64,000 nt of DNA, taken from the NCBI GenBank assembly GCA_964291285.2, contig OZ219785.1:672001-736000 (forward strand). Reading direction: 5' to 3'. A program made the translations under genes and the position numbers. Under the pieces are notes generated by a model. It worked only from the letters and a program-made list of their open reading frames with translations, searched no databases and had not been told where the DNA came from. Below, piece after piece: positions 11,248 through 19,856 of the stretch. This DNA comes from Alphaproteobacteria bacterium. Its GTDB lineage: Bacteria; Pseudomonadota; Alphaproteobacteria; Bin95. Each line of letters begins with the position of its first letter. Position 1 is the first letter of the stretch.

Positions 11248-12675
11248 TCAGGCAAAGCGCATCAGGAAGCGGACCAGGCGGCGGGTCCGGGGTCCGAACA
11301 GCGTATCGGTGTAGTAACTGCCGGCGGCGCGTTTCGACACCTCGCCGAGCGTCGGATAGGGCGCGATCATGCCCGCCAGCGCCCCGATGCGGAGCCTCTG
11401 CGAGACCGCCAGCACCCAAGGCTGGATCAGTTCGCCCGCATGGGGGCCGACAATGGTGGCGCCGAGCACCCGGCCGCCCGGTCCGACCATCGCCTTGACG
11501 AAGCCCTCGGTGTCGCGCTCCGCCCTGGCGCGGTCGTTTTCAGCGAATTCCTGGCGCAGCACGCGCGCCTTCTTTCCGAGGGCATTCTTCGCCATCGCCT
11601 CGGTCATGCCGACATGGGCGAGTTCGGGATCGGTATAGGTCACCCACGGTGCGGCGGTCGTGTTCGCCCTGGCGGGCAGGCGGAAGAGCGCATTGCGGAT
11701 CGCGATGCCGGCATGGTAGCCGGCCACATGGGTGAAACGCAGCCCGCCCGCCACATCGCCGACCGCCAGCACGCGCTTGTCCGAAGCACGCAGCCGGCCG
11801 TCCACCGTCACACCCTCGGGCGTCCAGGCGATGCCCCCGGCGTCGAGGTCGAGGCCCTCCAGGTCCGGCTGGCGGCCGGCCGCGACCAGCAGGTGGGTGC
11901 CCTCGACCCTGTCCTGCCGGCCCCCCGCCTCGAAATGCAGGGCTACGGCTCCGGGTCCGCCCGAGGCCTCGATCACTTCCGCATGTTCATGGAGCCGCAC
12001 GCCCTCCCCGACGAGGCGTGCGCGGATAAGTGCGGCGGCATCGCCGTCGTCGCGCGGCAGGATCGGTCCGCGCTGCACTACCGTTACCTCCGCGCCGAGC
12101 CGGCGGTGCGCCTGGGCAAGCTCGATGCCGACCGGGCCGCCGCCGAGCACCAGCAGATGCCCCGGCGTCTCCTCCAGGTCGAAGATCGTCTCGTTGGTGA
12201 GGAACGGCAGTCCGTCCAGACCGGGGATCGGCGGCACGATCGGCACCGAGCCGGTCGCCAGCACGATCCAGCGGGCCTTCACGCGGACGCCGCCGCCTTC
12301 GAGGAGCCTCTTTCCGACGAACCGGGCGGGCGCCTCGACCACCCGCACGCCCAGCCCTTCGAAGCGTTCGACGCTGTCATGCGGCGCGATGGCGGCGATG
12401 ACCCCCTGCACATGGCGACGGAGCGCGGCCGGATCGACCTTCGGCGTCTCCGGCGCGATGCCGAAGCGGCCCGCATTGCGCAGCGCCGAGGCGGCGTGGG
12501 CGGCGGCGATGGTGGCCTTGGACGGCACGCAGCCATAGTTCAGGCAGTCGCCGCCCATGCGGCCTTTCTCGAACAGCAGCACCGAGGCGCCCATCTGCGC
12601 GGCGCCCGCGGCCACGGAGAGCCCGCCGGAGCCGCCGCCGACCACCGCGATATCGACCCGGACCGTTTCCGCCAT
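11248..12675 (-). CDS. FAD-dependent pyridine nucleotide-disulfide oxidoreductase (dihydrolipoamide dehydrogenase/MerA-like)
   Basis: GGGSGG, GGDCLNYGCVPSK redox-active disulfide, YTDPELA, PYPTLGE. Confidence 0.85.
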   Translation of the reverse strand: MAETVRVDIAVVGGGSGGLSVAAGAAQMGASVLLFEKGRMGGDCLNYGCVPSKATIAAAHAASALRNAGRFGIAPETPKVDPAALRRHVQGVIAAIAPHDSVERFEGLGVRVVEAPARFVGKRLLEGGGVRVKARWIVLATGSVPIVPPIPGLDGLPFLTNETIFDLEETPGHLLVLGGGPVGIELAQAHRRLGAEVTVVQRGPILPRDDGDAAALIRARLVGEGVRLHEHAEVIEASGGPGAVALHFEAGGRQDRVEGTHLLVAAGRQPDLEGLDLDAGGIAWTPEGVTVDGRLRASDKRVLAVGDVAGGLRFTHVAGYHAGIAIRNALFRLPARANTTAAPWVTYTDPELAHVGMTEAMAKNALGKKARVLRQEFAENDRARAERDTEGFVKAMVGPGGRVLGATIVGPHAGELIQPWVLAVSQRLRIGALAGMIAPYPTLGEVSKRAAGSYYTDTLFGPRTRRLVRFLMRFA

Positions 12676-12779
12676 CCGCCCGTCTCCCTGCCGCCCGATA
12701 TGCCGGACCGTTTCATGCTTGGCTTCCTTTCGGCAACTCCGGATACTTTATGTAGGTACTCTAAGCTCGACTTTGTGCA

Positions 12780-14186
12780 TTATGCTGCGAAGCAGAGGGC
12801 GTACTGCATCCGCCTTATCTTGTCGGGCGGAATTATGTTTGGTTCCCGGTGTGGCGGGGAGCGCGATAAATTGTTTCCAAGCCAGAGTTGGCATCGTATG
12901 GCCGCGATTGCATCGGAGAATGTGACGCTGGTTTTCTGGTACCAGGCGGCGGCGTAGGACAGGTGGTTTGTCGAGAGCACGTCTGTGGCCCAGAGGCAGA
13001 CGAGGCTGTAGAGCCCGCAGAGGACGGGGGTGGTTCGTGCGATCGCCGCGTGTGACCACTGGCGTTGTGTTTCGAGCCCGAGATGGGCGCGCAGTTCCTG
13101 GAAGGTGACCTCGACCTGCCAGCGCCGCACGAAGGTGGCGATGATCTTGGCCGGCTCCATGTTGGTGTCGGTGCAGAAGAACGCCTGCGGGTCCCGCTCG
13201 CCTTCCGGGTCTCGCACCAGCACCCATCGGATGGCCTTGGGAGGTGTGCCGGGACGATACCAGAGCGCGGTATCGGAGATGATCTGGAGTGTCTTTTCCT
13301 TCGAACTTCCGTACCAGCGCGGAAGCGTGATGCTTGTCCAGCGGGCATCGGGGTCGTCAAGGCGGGTCTGGAGCTTGGGCAGGGGCGGCCCCTTTTGCCG
13401 GGGTCGACCGCGTTTGTTCGGGTCGCGCGGCGGCGGGGGCGCGAAGAGGTTGGCATCGAGCCTCAGCCTGCTGATGAGGGTTGCGCGCTGTCCGATGCGC
13501 CAGGCGAGTTCGTGGGTTCCGAAACTGCTGTCGGCGACGAAGACGATCGCGCGTTGCGGGACCCAGCGAAGGATTTGAAGCATGCCCTGTCGCGCCCAGT
13601 CGGTGAGTTGCTTGTGACGCCGGCCTTGCCTGGCGGCGAAGCGTTCGGACGGGGCCAGGATGGTCAGGAAGGGCAGGGCCCTGATGCCCGGCGACCAGGG
13701 CAGCGGGACAAGCAGCATGAAGCTGAGCCAGCGCAGCCCGCTGGTCTTGACGAAATGGCCATGGCTGGAACGCACCGGGTCGCGATAGATGCCGCGCGCC
13801 TTGATACGCGCGCCCCAGCGGCGCTCGATGGTGTCATCGAGCCCGATGATGATCGGTCCCTGCCCGGCAAGCCGCGCCACCAGCACGAGCACGAGCCGGC
13901 GTGAAAGGTCACGCGGGTCCCAGCGGGCGCGATTGAGAACCTGATGGTAGGACGAGAATGTCTCGCACATCGCCCGCCCGGTCACCCGCAGGCAGGCCGA
14001 CACGGTTCTCTTGCCCGGCGCCAGCAACGCTCCCATGACCAGAACCGCCACCAGCCGCCAGGTCGGGGATGAGAAGGCGCCTCGAAAGGGCTCCAGCCAG
14101 TCGATCAGGAACGGCGGAACCGGATCGCCGATGGCGCTCGAAGGGTCGTCGAAATGTGTCATGACGACCTTCGAATCCAGAAGCAT
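12780..14186 (-). CDS. IS701-family DDE transposase
   Basis: IGLDDTIERRWG, ARGIYRDPVRSS, VADSSF, RRWQVEVTFQELRAHLG; start may be 14163. Confidence 0.88.
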   Translation of the reverse strand: MLLDSKVVMTHFDDPSSAIGDPVPPFLIDWLEPFRGAFSSPTWRLVAVLVMGALLAPGKRTVSACLRVTGRAMCETFSSYHQVLNRARWDPRDLSRRLVLVLVARLAGQGPIIIGLDDTIERRWGARIKARGIYRDPVRSSHGHFVKTSGLRWLSFMLLVPLPWSPGIRALPFLTILAPSERFAARQGRRHKQLTDWARQGMLQILRWVPQRAIVFVADSSFGTHELAWRIGQRATLISRLRLDANLFAPPPPRDPNKRGRPRQKGPPLPKLQTRLDDPDARWTSITLPRWYGSSKEKTLQIISDTALWYRPGTPPKAIRWVLVRDPEGERDPQAFFCTDTNMEPAKIIATFVRRWQVEVTFQELRAHLGLETQRQWSHAAIARTTPVLCGLYSLVCLWATDVLSTNHLSYAAAWYQKTSVTFSDAIAAIRCQLWLGNNLSRSPPHREPNIIPPDKIRRMQYALCFAA

Positions 14187-14271
14187 CCGGCATGCAAGGG
14201 CGCCCGCATGCGACCGGGTGAATCAGCATCGCTGCAGCGACAGAAGCCATCCAATCCGATATCACTGCTTC

Positions 14272-14559
14272 ATGGCCGCATCCGACCCCTGTCTGGCGCG
14301 CATCGAAGCGTTCAACAAATCCAGGGGCGGGGGCGTGACGGTCACCAGGGTGCGCGGCGGCTACAATCTGTATCTCACGGCCACGCAGGCACCGATCGCA
14401 AGGCTCCAGCCGAAAGGCTCAGGTGACAAGATGAGGGTGCGCTACTGGTCCTGGCGCCAGTCCTGGCAGGACGTCGGAGACATGGGGGGCATCGTGCTCC
14501 CGCTCGAACAGGCCCTCGACGAAATCGCCAAAAACGAGATCTTCTGGACATGGACGTGA
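14272..14559 (+). CDS. Small passenger protein inside the IS (DUF3024-like by recollection)
   Basis: 95-aa ORF with PIARLQ...RYWSWRQSW...LEQALDEI, lying within the IRs. Confidence 0.6.
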   Translation: MAASDPCLARIEAFNKSRGGGVTVTRVRGGYNLYLTATQAPIARLQPKGSGDKMRVRYWSWRQSWQDVGDMGGIVLPLEQALDEIAKNEIFWTWT

Positions 14560-14624
14560 GGTAATTTTGTACAAAGTCGAGCTAAGTCCTTTCTTCGCCC
14601 CGGAGCCACGCCGGAGGGCGTTCC

Positions 14625-17090
14625 ATGAACGCCTCGTCCCTGGAAGAAACGGCCCGGCGGGCTGGCGAATTGCTCGCCGCCGGCGACCATGAGCAGGCAG
14701 CGCCGCTCTATGAGCGGATGCTGGAGGCGGAAGACGGCCGCGCGGAGGGCCATCTGGGACTGGCGCGAACGCATTACGGGCAGGGCCGCCTCGACGAGGC
14801 GGCCCGGCATTTGCGTTCGGCGGCGGACCTGCGGCCGGACGATGCGGAACTCCAGGGAGAACTCGCGCTGGTGCTGCGCCGGCTGGGCCTCACCGGCGAG
14901 GCGTCGGTCGCGGCGGCCCGTTCCGCCCAGCTCGCGCCGCAGGAGATCGACTTCCACTGGCTGAACGGCACCCTCCTGCTCATGAACGGGCGGTATGCCG
15001 AAGGCTGGGCCGCATGGGGGCAGGCCAGGGCGCTGAATGACGCCACCGCCGACACCAGCCGCTACCGGCCGCCGCGCTGGGACGGCCGGCGGCTCGACGG
15101 CGAAACCCTGCTGCTGGACGCGGGCGGCAATGACATCGACGCCGTGCAATTCTGCCGCTACCTGCCTGCCGTGCGGACCCGCGGAGCCCTTCCGGCCGTC
15201 GCCTGCAGCGAGTCGGCGGCGGGATTGCTTTCCGGACTGCCGGGCCTGCTCTGGCTCGCCGCCCCCGGCGAAAACCGCCCCCCCTACGATCTGACGGTCA
15301 GTTTCGACGACCTGCCGCGCCTGTTCGAGACGACGCCCGCGACCGTGCCGCCGCCCGTGGGCATCGAAGTCAATCCGAGGCAACGGCGATACTGGCAGGA
15401 GACGCTGGCCGGAGCGCCCTCGCCGCGCATCGCGGTCGCCTGGACCGGCGCGGAGCCCTGGCCGGAAGGGCTTCTGGAAATCGCCGGCGCCCGTTTCTAC
15501 ACCTTCCTTGAGCCCGTGCCCGGCATGACGCCGCTTTCGGAGGAGCCGCTCGCCCTGGATGCCGCTGCCGCGATGCTCGAAGAGTTCGAGATGGTGGTAA
15601 GCGACGACAACCCGATCGGCCATCTCGCAGGCACGCTCGGCCGGCCCTGCTGGATGATGCTCGACATCGCGCCGGACTGGCGCTGGCTCCAGGCGCGGCG
15701 CGACACGCCGTGGTATCCGTCCATGCGCCTGGTGAGGCAGGAGCGCGCGGGCGACTGGAGCGCGCCGCTTGCCATCGTGCGGCGCGAGATCGAGCGCGGC
15801 CTCGCCAGGAATGCGGACCGGCTCGCCGCTGCCGAAGCCGCACTTGCCGACGGGCAGGTGCGGCGCGCGGCAGCGCTCTTGGCCGCGGGCGGGCATTCCT
15901 GGCGCGGAGATGCGCGGATGCACCGCCTGCTCGGCAATCTCGCCCTTGCGCAGGGCCGCCTGGACGACGCCGCGCGCGCGCTCCACCGCGCCGTGGCCGC
16001 CGCGCCGGGCGACGCCGAGGTACACAGCGCCTTCGCCGGCGTGCTGGCGCAACTCGGCGCCCACCGCGACCGCGAGCGGATGGCGGCCCGCGCCGTGACG
16101 CTGGATCCTTCCTCCCCCGAGCCCCGCCTCCTCCATGCCGACGCGCTGGAGGCGCTCGGCCGGTCCGATGAGGCGCTTGCCGTCTATACCGACGCCCATG
16201 ACCTTGCGCCGAAAGATCGCGCTACCGCCGCCGCGCTGGCCTCGGCGCTGTTGAGGCGCGGCAATTTCGACGCGGGACTGCCGCTCCTGCCGACGGGCCC
16301 GCTGCCGCCGGCGGGGCTCCAGGCCACCAGGGGAGCGGAGGTCATCATCGATGCCGTCAATGACGACATCGAGGCGGTCTGGCTGCTGCGCTATGCGCCG
16401 CTGCTGGACTCGGCCGAGCGCGTGCTGGCGGCGGTGCGGCCGGGGCTCCAGCGCCTGGTCGCGGGCCAGTCTGGCGTGGACGGCGTGCTCGTCGCCGGAC
16501 AGGCCCGGCCGCAAGGCGCGCTGACGCTCCCGGCTGCGGCGCTGCCGCGGCCGTTCGGCACAACCCTCGAGACGATCCCGGCCGACATCCCTTATTTCCG
16601 GGCAAACGAGATGCTGGCCCGGCACTGGCGGTCGCGTTTCGCACGCCCGGCCCGGCTGCGGGTGGGCATTGCCTGGGGTGAGCGCCCGCTTCTGGAGGCG
16701 ATGGCGCCGCTCTTCGACATCGAGGGCGCAGCCTTTTTCAGCCTGGAGACCGAGTCCGGCTCCCGCACGCTGGCCGCGCTCCGCAGCCGGGCGGGCATCA
16801 CGGACATCTCGACCCGGATCACCGATGCGGCCGAACTGGCTGCCGCGATCTCCGCGCTCGACATGGTTATCGGCCCGGACGGACCGGCGGTGCATGTCGC
16901 CGGCGCGCTCGGCGTGCCGGCGGCCGTGCTGCTCACCCGCCCGGCGCATTGGCGCTGGCTTTCCGACCGGGACGACAGCCCCTGGTATCCCCTGTCCCGC
17001 CTGTTCCGCCAGCGGCGCCTGGACGACTGGACCGACCCCGTCGCGGAACTCGCCATCGTGGTCAAACAGGCCGTGTTCGATGCCGACTGA
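14625..17090 (+). CDS. TPR-repeat protein with two glycosyltransferase family 9-like modules
   Basis: TPR helices followed twice by ...HLAGTLGRP/HVAGALGVP...WRWL..R.D(T/S)PWYP..RL.RQ...DW. Confidence 0.8.
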   Translation: MNASSLEETARRAGELLAAGDHEQAAPLYERMLEAEDGRAEGHLGLARTHYGQGRLDEAARHLRSAADLRPDDAELQGELALVLRRLGLTGEASVAAARSAQLAPQEIDFHWLNGTLLLMNGRYAEGWAAWGQARALNDATADTSRYRPPRWDGRRLDGETLLLDAGGNDIDAVQFCRYLPAVRTRGALPAVACSESAAGLLSGLPGLLWLAAPGENRPPYDLTVSFDDLPRLFETTPATVPPPVGIEVNPRQRRYWQETLAGAPSPRIAVAWTGAEPWPEGLLEIAGARFYTFLEPVPGMTPLSEEPLALDAAAAMLEEFEMVVSDDNPIGHLAGTLGRPCWMMLDIAPDWRWLQARRDTPWYPSMRLVRQERAGDWSAPLAIVRREIERGLARNADRLAAAEAALADGQVRRAAALLAAGGHSWRGDARMHRLLGNLALAQGRLDDAARALHRAVAAAPGDAEVHSAFAGVLAQLGAHRDRERMAARAVTLDPSSPEPRLLHADALEALGRSDEALAVYTDAHDLAPKDRATAAALASALLRRGNFDAGLPLLPTGPLPPAGLQATRGAEVIIDAVNDDIEAVWLLRYAPLLDSAERVLAAVRPGLQRLVAGQSGVDGVLVAGQARPQGALTLPAAALPRPFGTTLETIPADIPYFRANEMLARHWRSRFARPARLRVGIAWGERPLLEAMAPLFDIEGAAFFSLETESGSRTLAALRSRAGITDISTRITDAAELAAAISALDMVIGPDGPAVHVAGALGVPAAVLLTRPAHWRWLSDRDDSPWYPLSRLFRQRRLDDWTDPVAELAIVVKQAVFDAD

Positions 17091-17136
17091 GACGCGGACC
17101 CTTGATTGCAGCGGCCCGCTTGGGCCATATCGTGGC

Positions 17137-17212
17137 GGGCCCGTAGTTCAGCGGTCAGAACCCGCCGCTCATAACGGCGTTGTCGCAGGTTCGAATCCTG
17201 CCGGGCCCACCA
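17137..17212 (+). tRNA. tRNA with CAT anticodon, probably lysidine-modified tRNA-Ile2
   Basis: GGGCCCG acceptor stem, GTTC/GAAC D stem, CGCCG-CTCATAA-CGGCG anticodon arm, GGTTCGAATCC T loop, encoded CCA; no initiator GGG/CCC anticodon stem. Confidence 0.93.
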
Positions 17213-17237
17213 GCGGTCCTTTCATCGATCCGGCCGC

Positions 17238-17720
17238 GTGAGCGCCGTCCGCCTCTACCGGGCGCGCGCCGACGACCGCTCGCTCGCCTGGACCGTCGAT
17301 GCCTGGCGGCGGCTCGGCCTCGGCCCCGGCACGGCGCTGTTCACCACTGCGGAAGGTGTGCGGGTCGCCCCGTTCGAGACCGGGCCGCCGATGGTCGAGG
17401 GCGCCTTCGATGCGCGCATGATGTCCGGGCGGGCGGAGTTGCGATGGCTGGCTTCCGGGCGCCGTGAGGGCCTGCGCGTCGGTCCGGCGGTGCTGGTCGG
17501 CGAGGTCGATACGCCGCTTGTCGAGGGGTTCGCGCGCCTGGATCCGCACGACGCCCATCCGCGCGAGGTCGGCTACACGGTCCCGGCGCTCCTGGAGGGT
17601 GCGGGCCGCCCGGTCTCCGTCGCGCTCCGCCTTGTCGAATATGTGGATTCCGCCGACCCCGACCATCCCGGCCGCGTGGACGAACGCCTCGCCGCCGCCG
17701 CGATCCTGCCGGACCCGTAA
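17238..17720 (+). CDS. Hypothetical protein resembling type III-D CRISPR subunit Csx19 (TIGR03984)
   Basis: AFDARMMSGRAELRWL...GPAVLVGE...LRLVEYV...GRVDERL resembles the remembered Csx19 pattern FEAR.F....ELRW...G.AVL..E...EY......V..ERL. Confidence 0.55.
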   Translation: MSAVRLYRARADDRSLAWTVDAWRRLGLGPGTALFTTAEGVRVAPFETGPPMVEGAFDARMMSGRAELRWLASGRREGLRVGPAVLVGEVDTPLVEGFARLDPHDAHPREVGYTVPALLEGAGRPVSVALRLVEYVDSADPDHPGRVDERLAAAAILPDP

Positions 17721-17798
17721 CGCCGCGCCCCGGCCGGCAAGGCCCCGCAGCGCAGGGGAGGTCCCGCGCATGGAGTGGGCCCCTTGGGTCGGACAGTT

Positions 17799-18593
17799 TC
17801 AAGCGGCATTTTTGACAGGGTTGCGATGTTGTTTTTCCTCGAAGCGGTTTGGGCTCAGATATCCGAGCGCGGAGTGCAGGCGTCTGTGGTTGTAGCTGTC
17901 GATGAAGCGCGGCAGTTGCCTTGCGACGTCTTCGGCGGTCTCGAAGGCCATGGGATAGACGCCCTCGACCTTCAGGGTTTTCATGAAGCTCTCCATCATG
18001 GCGTTGTCGTAGGGGTTGGCTCGTCGTCCCATGGAGCCGACCATCCCGTGTTTGTCGAGCCGGGTCCGGTAGGCATGGGCGGCGTATTGCGAGCCCCTGT
18101 CGGAGTGGTGGATGCAGCCGGGCTGAGGGCTTCGGTTCCCGATCGCCTTGTCGAGCGCCGCGAGCGTCAGGCGCGCGTCGATGCGTTGCCCGAGCGCGTA
18201 GCCGACAATGCGGCGCGACCAGGCGTCCATGACCGCCGCCAGATAGACGAAGCCGTCCAGGATGGCGATGTAGGTCAGGTCGGCGACCCAGAGCCGGTTC
18301 GGGCCCTCGACCTCGCAGTCCCGGGACCGGTCCGGGAAGACCGGCCCGTCGTGGCCGCTGTCCGTGGTGGCGACAAAGCGGCGCTTGCGCGGCGGCTGCA
18401 GGGCGTGTTCGCGCATCAGCCGCCTGACCTTCTTGTGGTTGACGGTCCGGCCCCGGTGGCGAAGTTCCGCCTGCATGCGCCGCCAGCCATAGGCCTCGAA
18501 CTCGTCCTTGATCTCGTGCATCGCCTCGACCAGGGCGGTGTCGTCGACCGGGCTCTGCGGCTCGCGGTAACAGGTGGAGCGCGCGATCCCCAT
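17799..18593 (-). CDS. IS3-family transposase OrfB (integrase core)
   Basis: WVADLTYI, DAWSRRIVG, HHSDRGSQY, DNAMMESFMKTLK, YNHRRLHSALGY. Confidence 0.95.
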   Translation of the reverse strand: MGIARSTCYREPQSPVDDTALVEAMHEIKDEFEAYGWRRMQAELRHRGRTVNHKKVRRLMREHALQPPRKRRFVATTDSGHDGPVFPDRSRDCEVEGPNRLWVADLTYIAILDGFVYLAAVMDAWSRRIVGYALGQRIDARLTLAALDKAIGNRSPQPGCIHHSDRGSQYAAHAYRTRLDKHGMVGSMGRRANPYDNAMMESFMKTLKVEGVYPMAFETAEDVARQLPRFIDSYNHRRLHSALGYLSPNRFEEKQHRNPVKNAA

Positions 18594-18943
18594 CAGTCGG
18601 CATCCTTCGGCGACGGAGAGGCCTCGGGGCCGGCGATCACGGACATGGGCGCGCGCCTCGACCGCCGTCCTTGCCGCAAAGCCCCCTTTAGGAACTCCAG
18701 CTCCGCGGCCTGCCGGCCGACCAGCCGTTCGAGCGTCGCGATCCGGGCCTCATATGCCCGGAGCCTGTCGGCCGCCTCGGCCTCCTCATCGAAGGCCCCG
18801 GCCTCATACTTCTCCAGCCACAGCCGGATCAGGGTGCGAGACAGGTCATGACGGCGGGCCAGACCGTAAAACGTCTCGCCTGCCAGATACTCCTCAACGA
18901 CCTGGCGCTTGAAGGCCATGCTGTGCGTGCGGTGCTTCCTCAT
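18593..18943 (-). CDS. IS3-family OrfA (HTH)
   Basis: RTHSMAFKRQVVEEYLAG...LARRHDLSRTLIRLW; stop overlaps the orfB start (TGATG). Confidence 0.9.
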   Translation of the reverse strand: MRKHRTHSMAFKRQVVEEYLAGETFYGLARRHDLSRTLIRLWLEKYEAGAFDEEAEAADRLRAYEARIATLERLVGRQAAELEFLKGALRQGRRSRRAPMSVIAGPEASPSPKDAD

Positions 18944-19026
18944 CGGCGTCGATCCTTCCAATGACCGCGCACCTGTCAATTTCCTACAACAAAACTGTCC
19001 GAGACCAGGGGCCCACTCCAGCAATG

Positions 19027-19104
19027 TGTCATGAGATGTCATGTTTTGTCATGCGGGCCGGCGGGACCCCGTGCGATGTGTCATGAGATGTCATGATCTG
19101 CATG
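19027..19104. repeat. TGTCATG array A (10-bp phasing)
   Basis: TGTCATG at 19027, 19037, 19047, 19079 and 19089, plus degenerate TGCATG at 19099. Confidence 0.9.
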
Positions 19105-19186
19105 CGCGCGGCGCATATCCCGTGACCTGTTCGGGCATGGGCTCCGGGTATTCCATCCGGTGTCCCCGGCTTCGCGTCTTCGGCAT
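19091..19186 (-). CDS. Putative 31-aa ORF of repeat module 1
   Basis: GAAAGGAGAGACCC-ATG start; MPKTRSRGHRMEYPEPMPEQVTGYAPRACRS; stop lies inside the TGTCATG array. Confidence 0.35.
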   Translation of the reverse strand: MPKTRSRGHRMEYPEPMPEQVTGYAPRACRS

Positions 19187-19239
19187 GGGTCTCTCCTTTC
19201 GATCCGTCTTCGTTCCGTTCTTCCCGCCGCCCGGTTGCC

Positions 19240-19510
19240 TCAGCGGCGGGACCCTGATTCGCGCGTATCCCCCGCGGGCGCCTGTGCGCGGGCCGGCGCG
19301 CGTATCGCGGCGGCGCGGTTCGCGCGCCTGATTGCGCGCGCGAGACAGAGGGCGCACGTCTCCCGTGCGTTTCTCAGGTTTTTTTCGCGCCGGCGCGACA
19401 TGGTCGAAGAAACGGCCCCGCGCGGATGCCGTTTCCCCTCTCCCGCCTCATATGGGAGCGGACATTCGGTGTTCAAGGGTGTCAAAGGAATTAAATCTAT
19501 TTTTGTTCGT
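19240..19510 (-). repeat. Dispersed conserved leader/promoter repeat, copy 1
   Basis: Core CGGCGCGGTTCGCGCGCCTGATTGCGCGCGCGAG-N-GCACGTCTCCCGT-N-TTCTCA at 19311-19385; TGTCAA at 19480. Confidence 0.85.
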
Positions 19511-19530
19511 ATTCGATTTCCACATGGCGC

Positions 19531-19760
19531 AATCCCGACGCCCTGCCGATGCTTTGCGCCTCGGGCTCGGAGCGCGGCAACCCGCCCCGGCATGAGGCGG
19601 CGCGGGAGTAGCGGGAGGCGCTGATGAACGGCGCCGTCGCCGGCCTTCCCCGGGCTGCGATTCCGGGTTTCATCCGCATCGCCACGAATCCCGGGATTTT
19701 CGACAGGCCCCTCGACGCAAGCGGCGCCTGCACGCACGTCCGGTCATGGCGCGGTTCCCG
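19531..19760 (+). pseudogene. Decayed VapC/PIN toxin fragment
   Basis: Frame reads NPDALPMLCA...HEAARE*REALMNGAVAGLPRAAIPGFIRIATNPGIFDRPL...ACTHVRSW, with TAG at 19609-19611 where Trp is usual. Confidence 0.6.
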
Positions 19761-19856
19761 GGCCTCAGATGGGTCGATCCTCCCGCCTGACGCCGGGCCG
19801 CGGCGCTCTCCGCGACGATGGCGAACCGGGGAGATAAACGGTGAAATCCGGGCTAA

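Larger units (their letters stand above)
12766..14581 (-). mobile_element. IS701-family insertion sequence carrying a passenger ORF
   Basis: Terminal IRs CTCGACTTTGTGCA (12766-12779) and TGTACAAAGTCGAG (14568-14581), flanked by direct repeat CTAAG (12761-12765 and 14582-14586). Confidence 0.85.
17771..19020 (-). mobile_element. IS3-family element, copy 1 (1250 bp)
   Basis: IRs TGGAGTGGGCCCC...CGGACAGTTT at both ends; 3-bp target duplication GCA (17768-17770 and 19021-19023). Confidence 0.95.

Noticed and set aside
11248-12675. Mercuric reductase MerA
   Set aside because: Lacks the C-terminal Cys-Cys pair and NmerA domain, and no mer operon is present
19027-19104. TGTCATG arrays as a mini-CRISPR linked to the Csx19-like gene
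   Set aside because: The 7-bp unit with 10-bp period is far too short; the two larger units (52-bp period) are degenerate and do not form a repeat-spacer array
19311-19345. Conserved peptide ARFARLIARAR as a real protein motif
   Set aside because: It appears in unrelated spurious plus-strand ORFs without consistent starts; conservation is at the nucleotide/hairpin level
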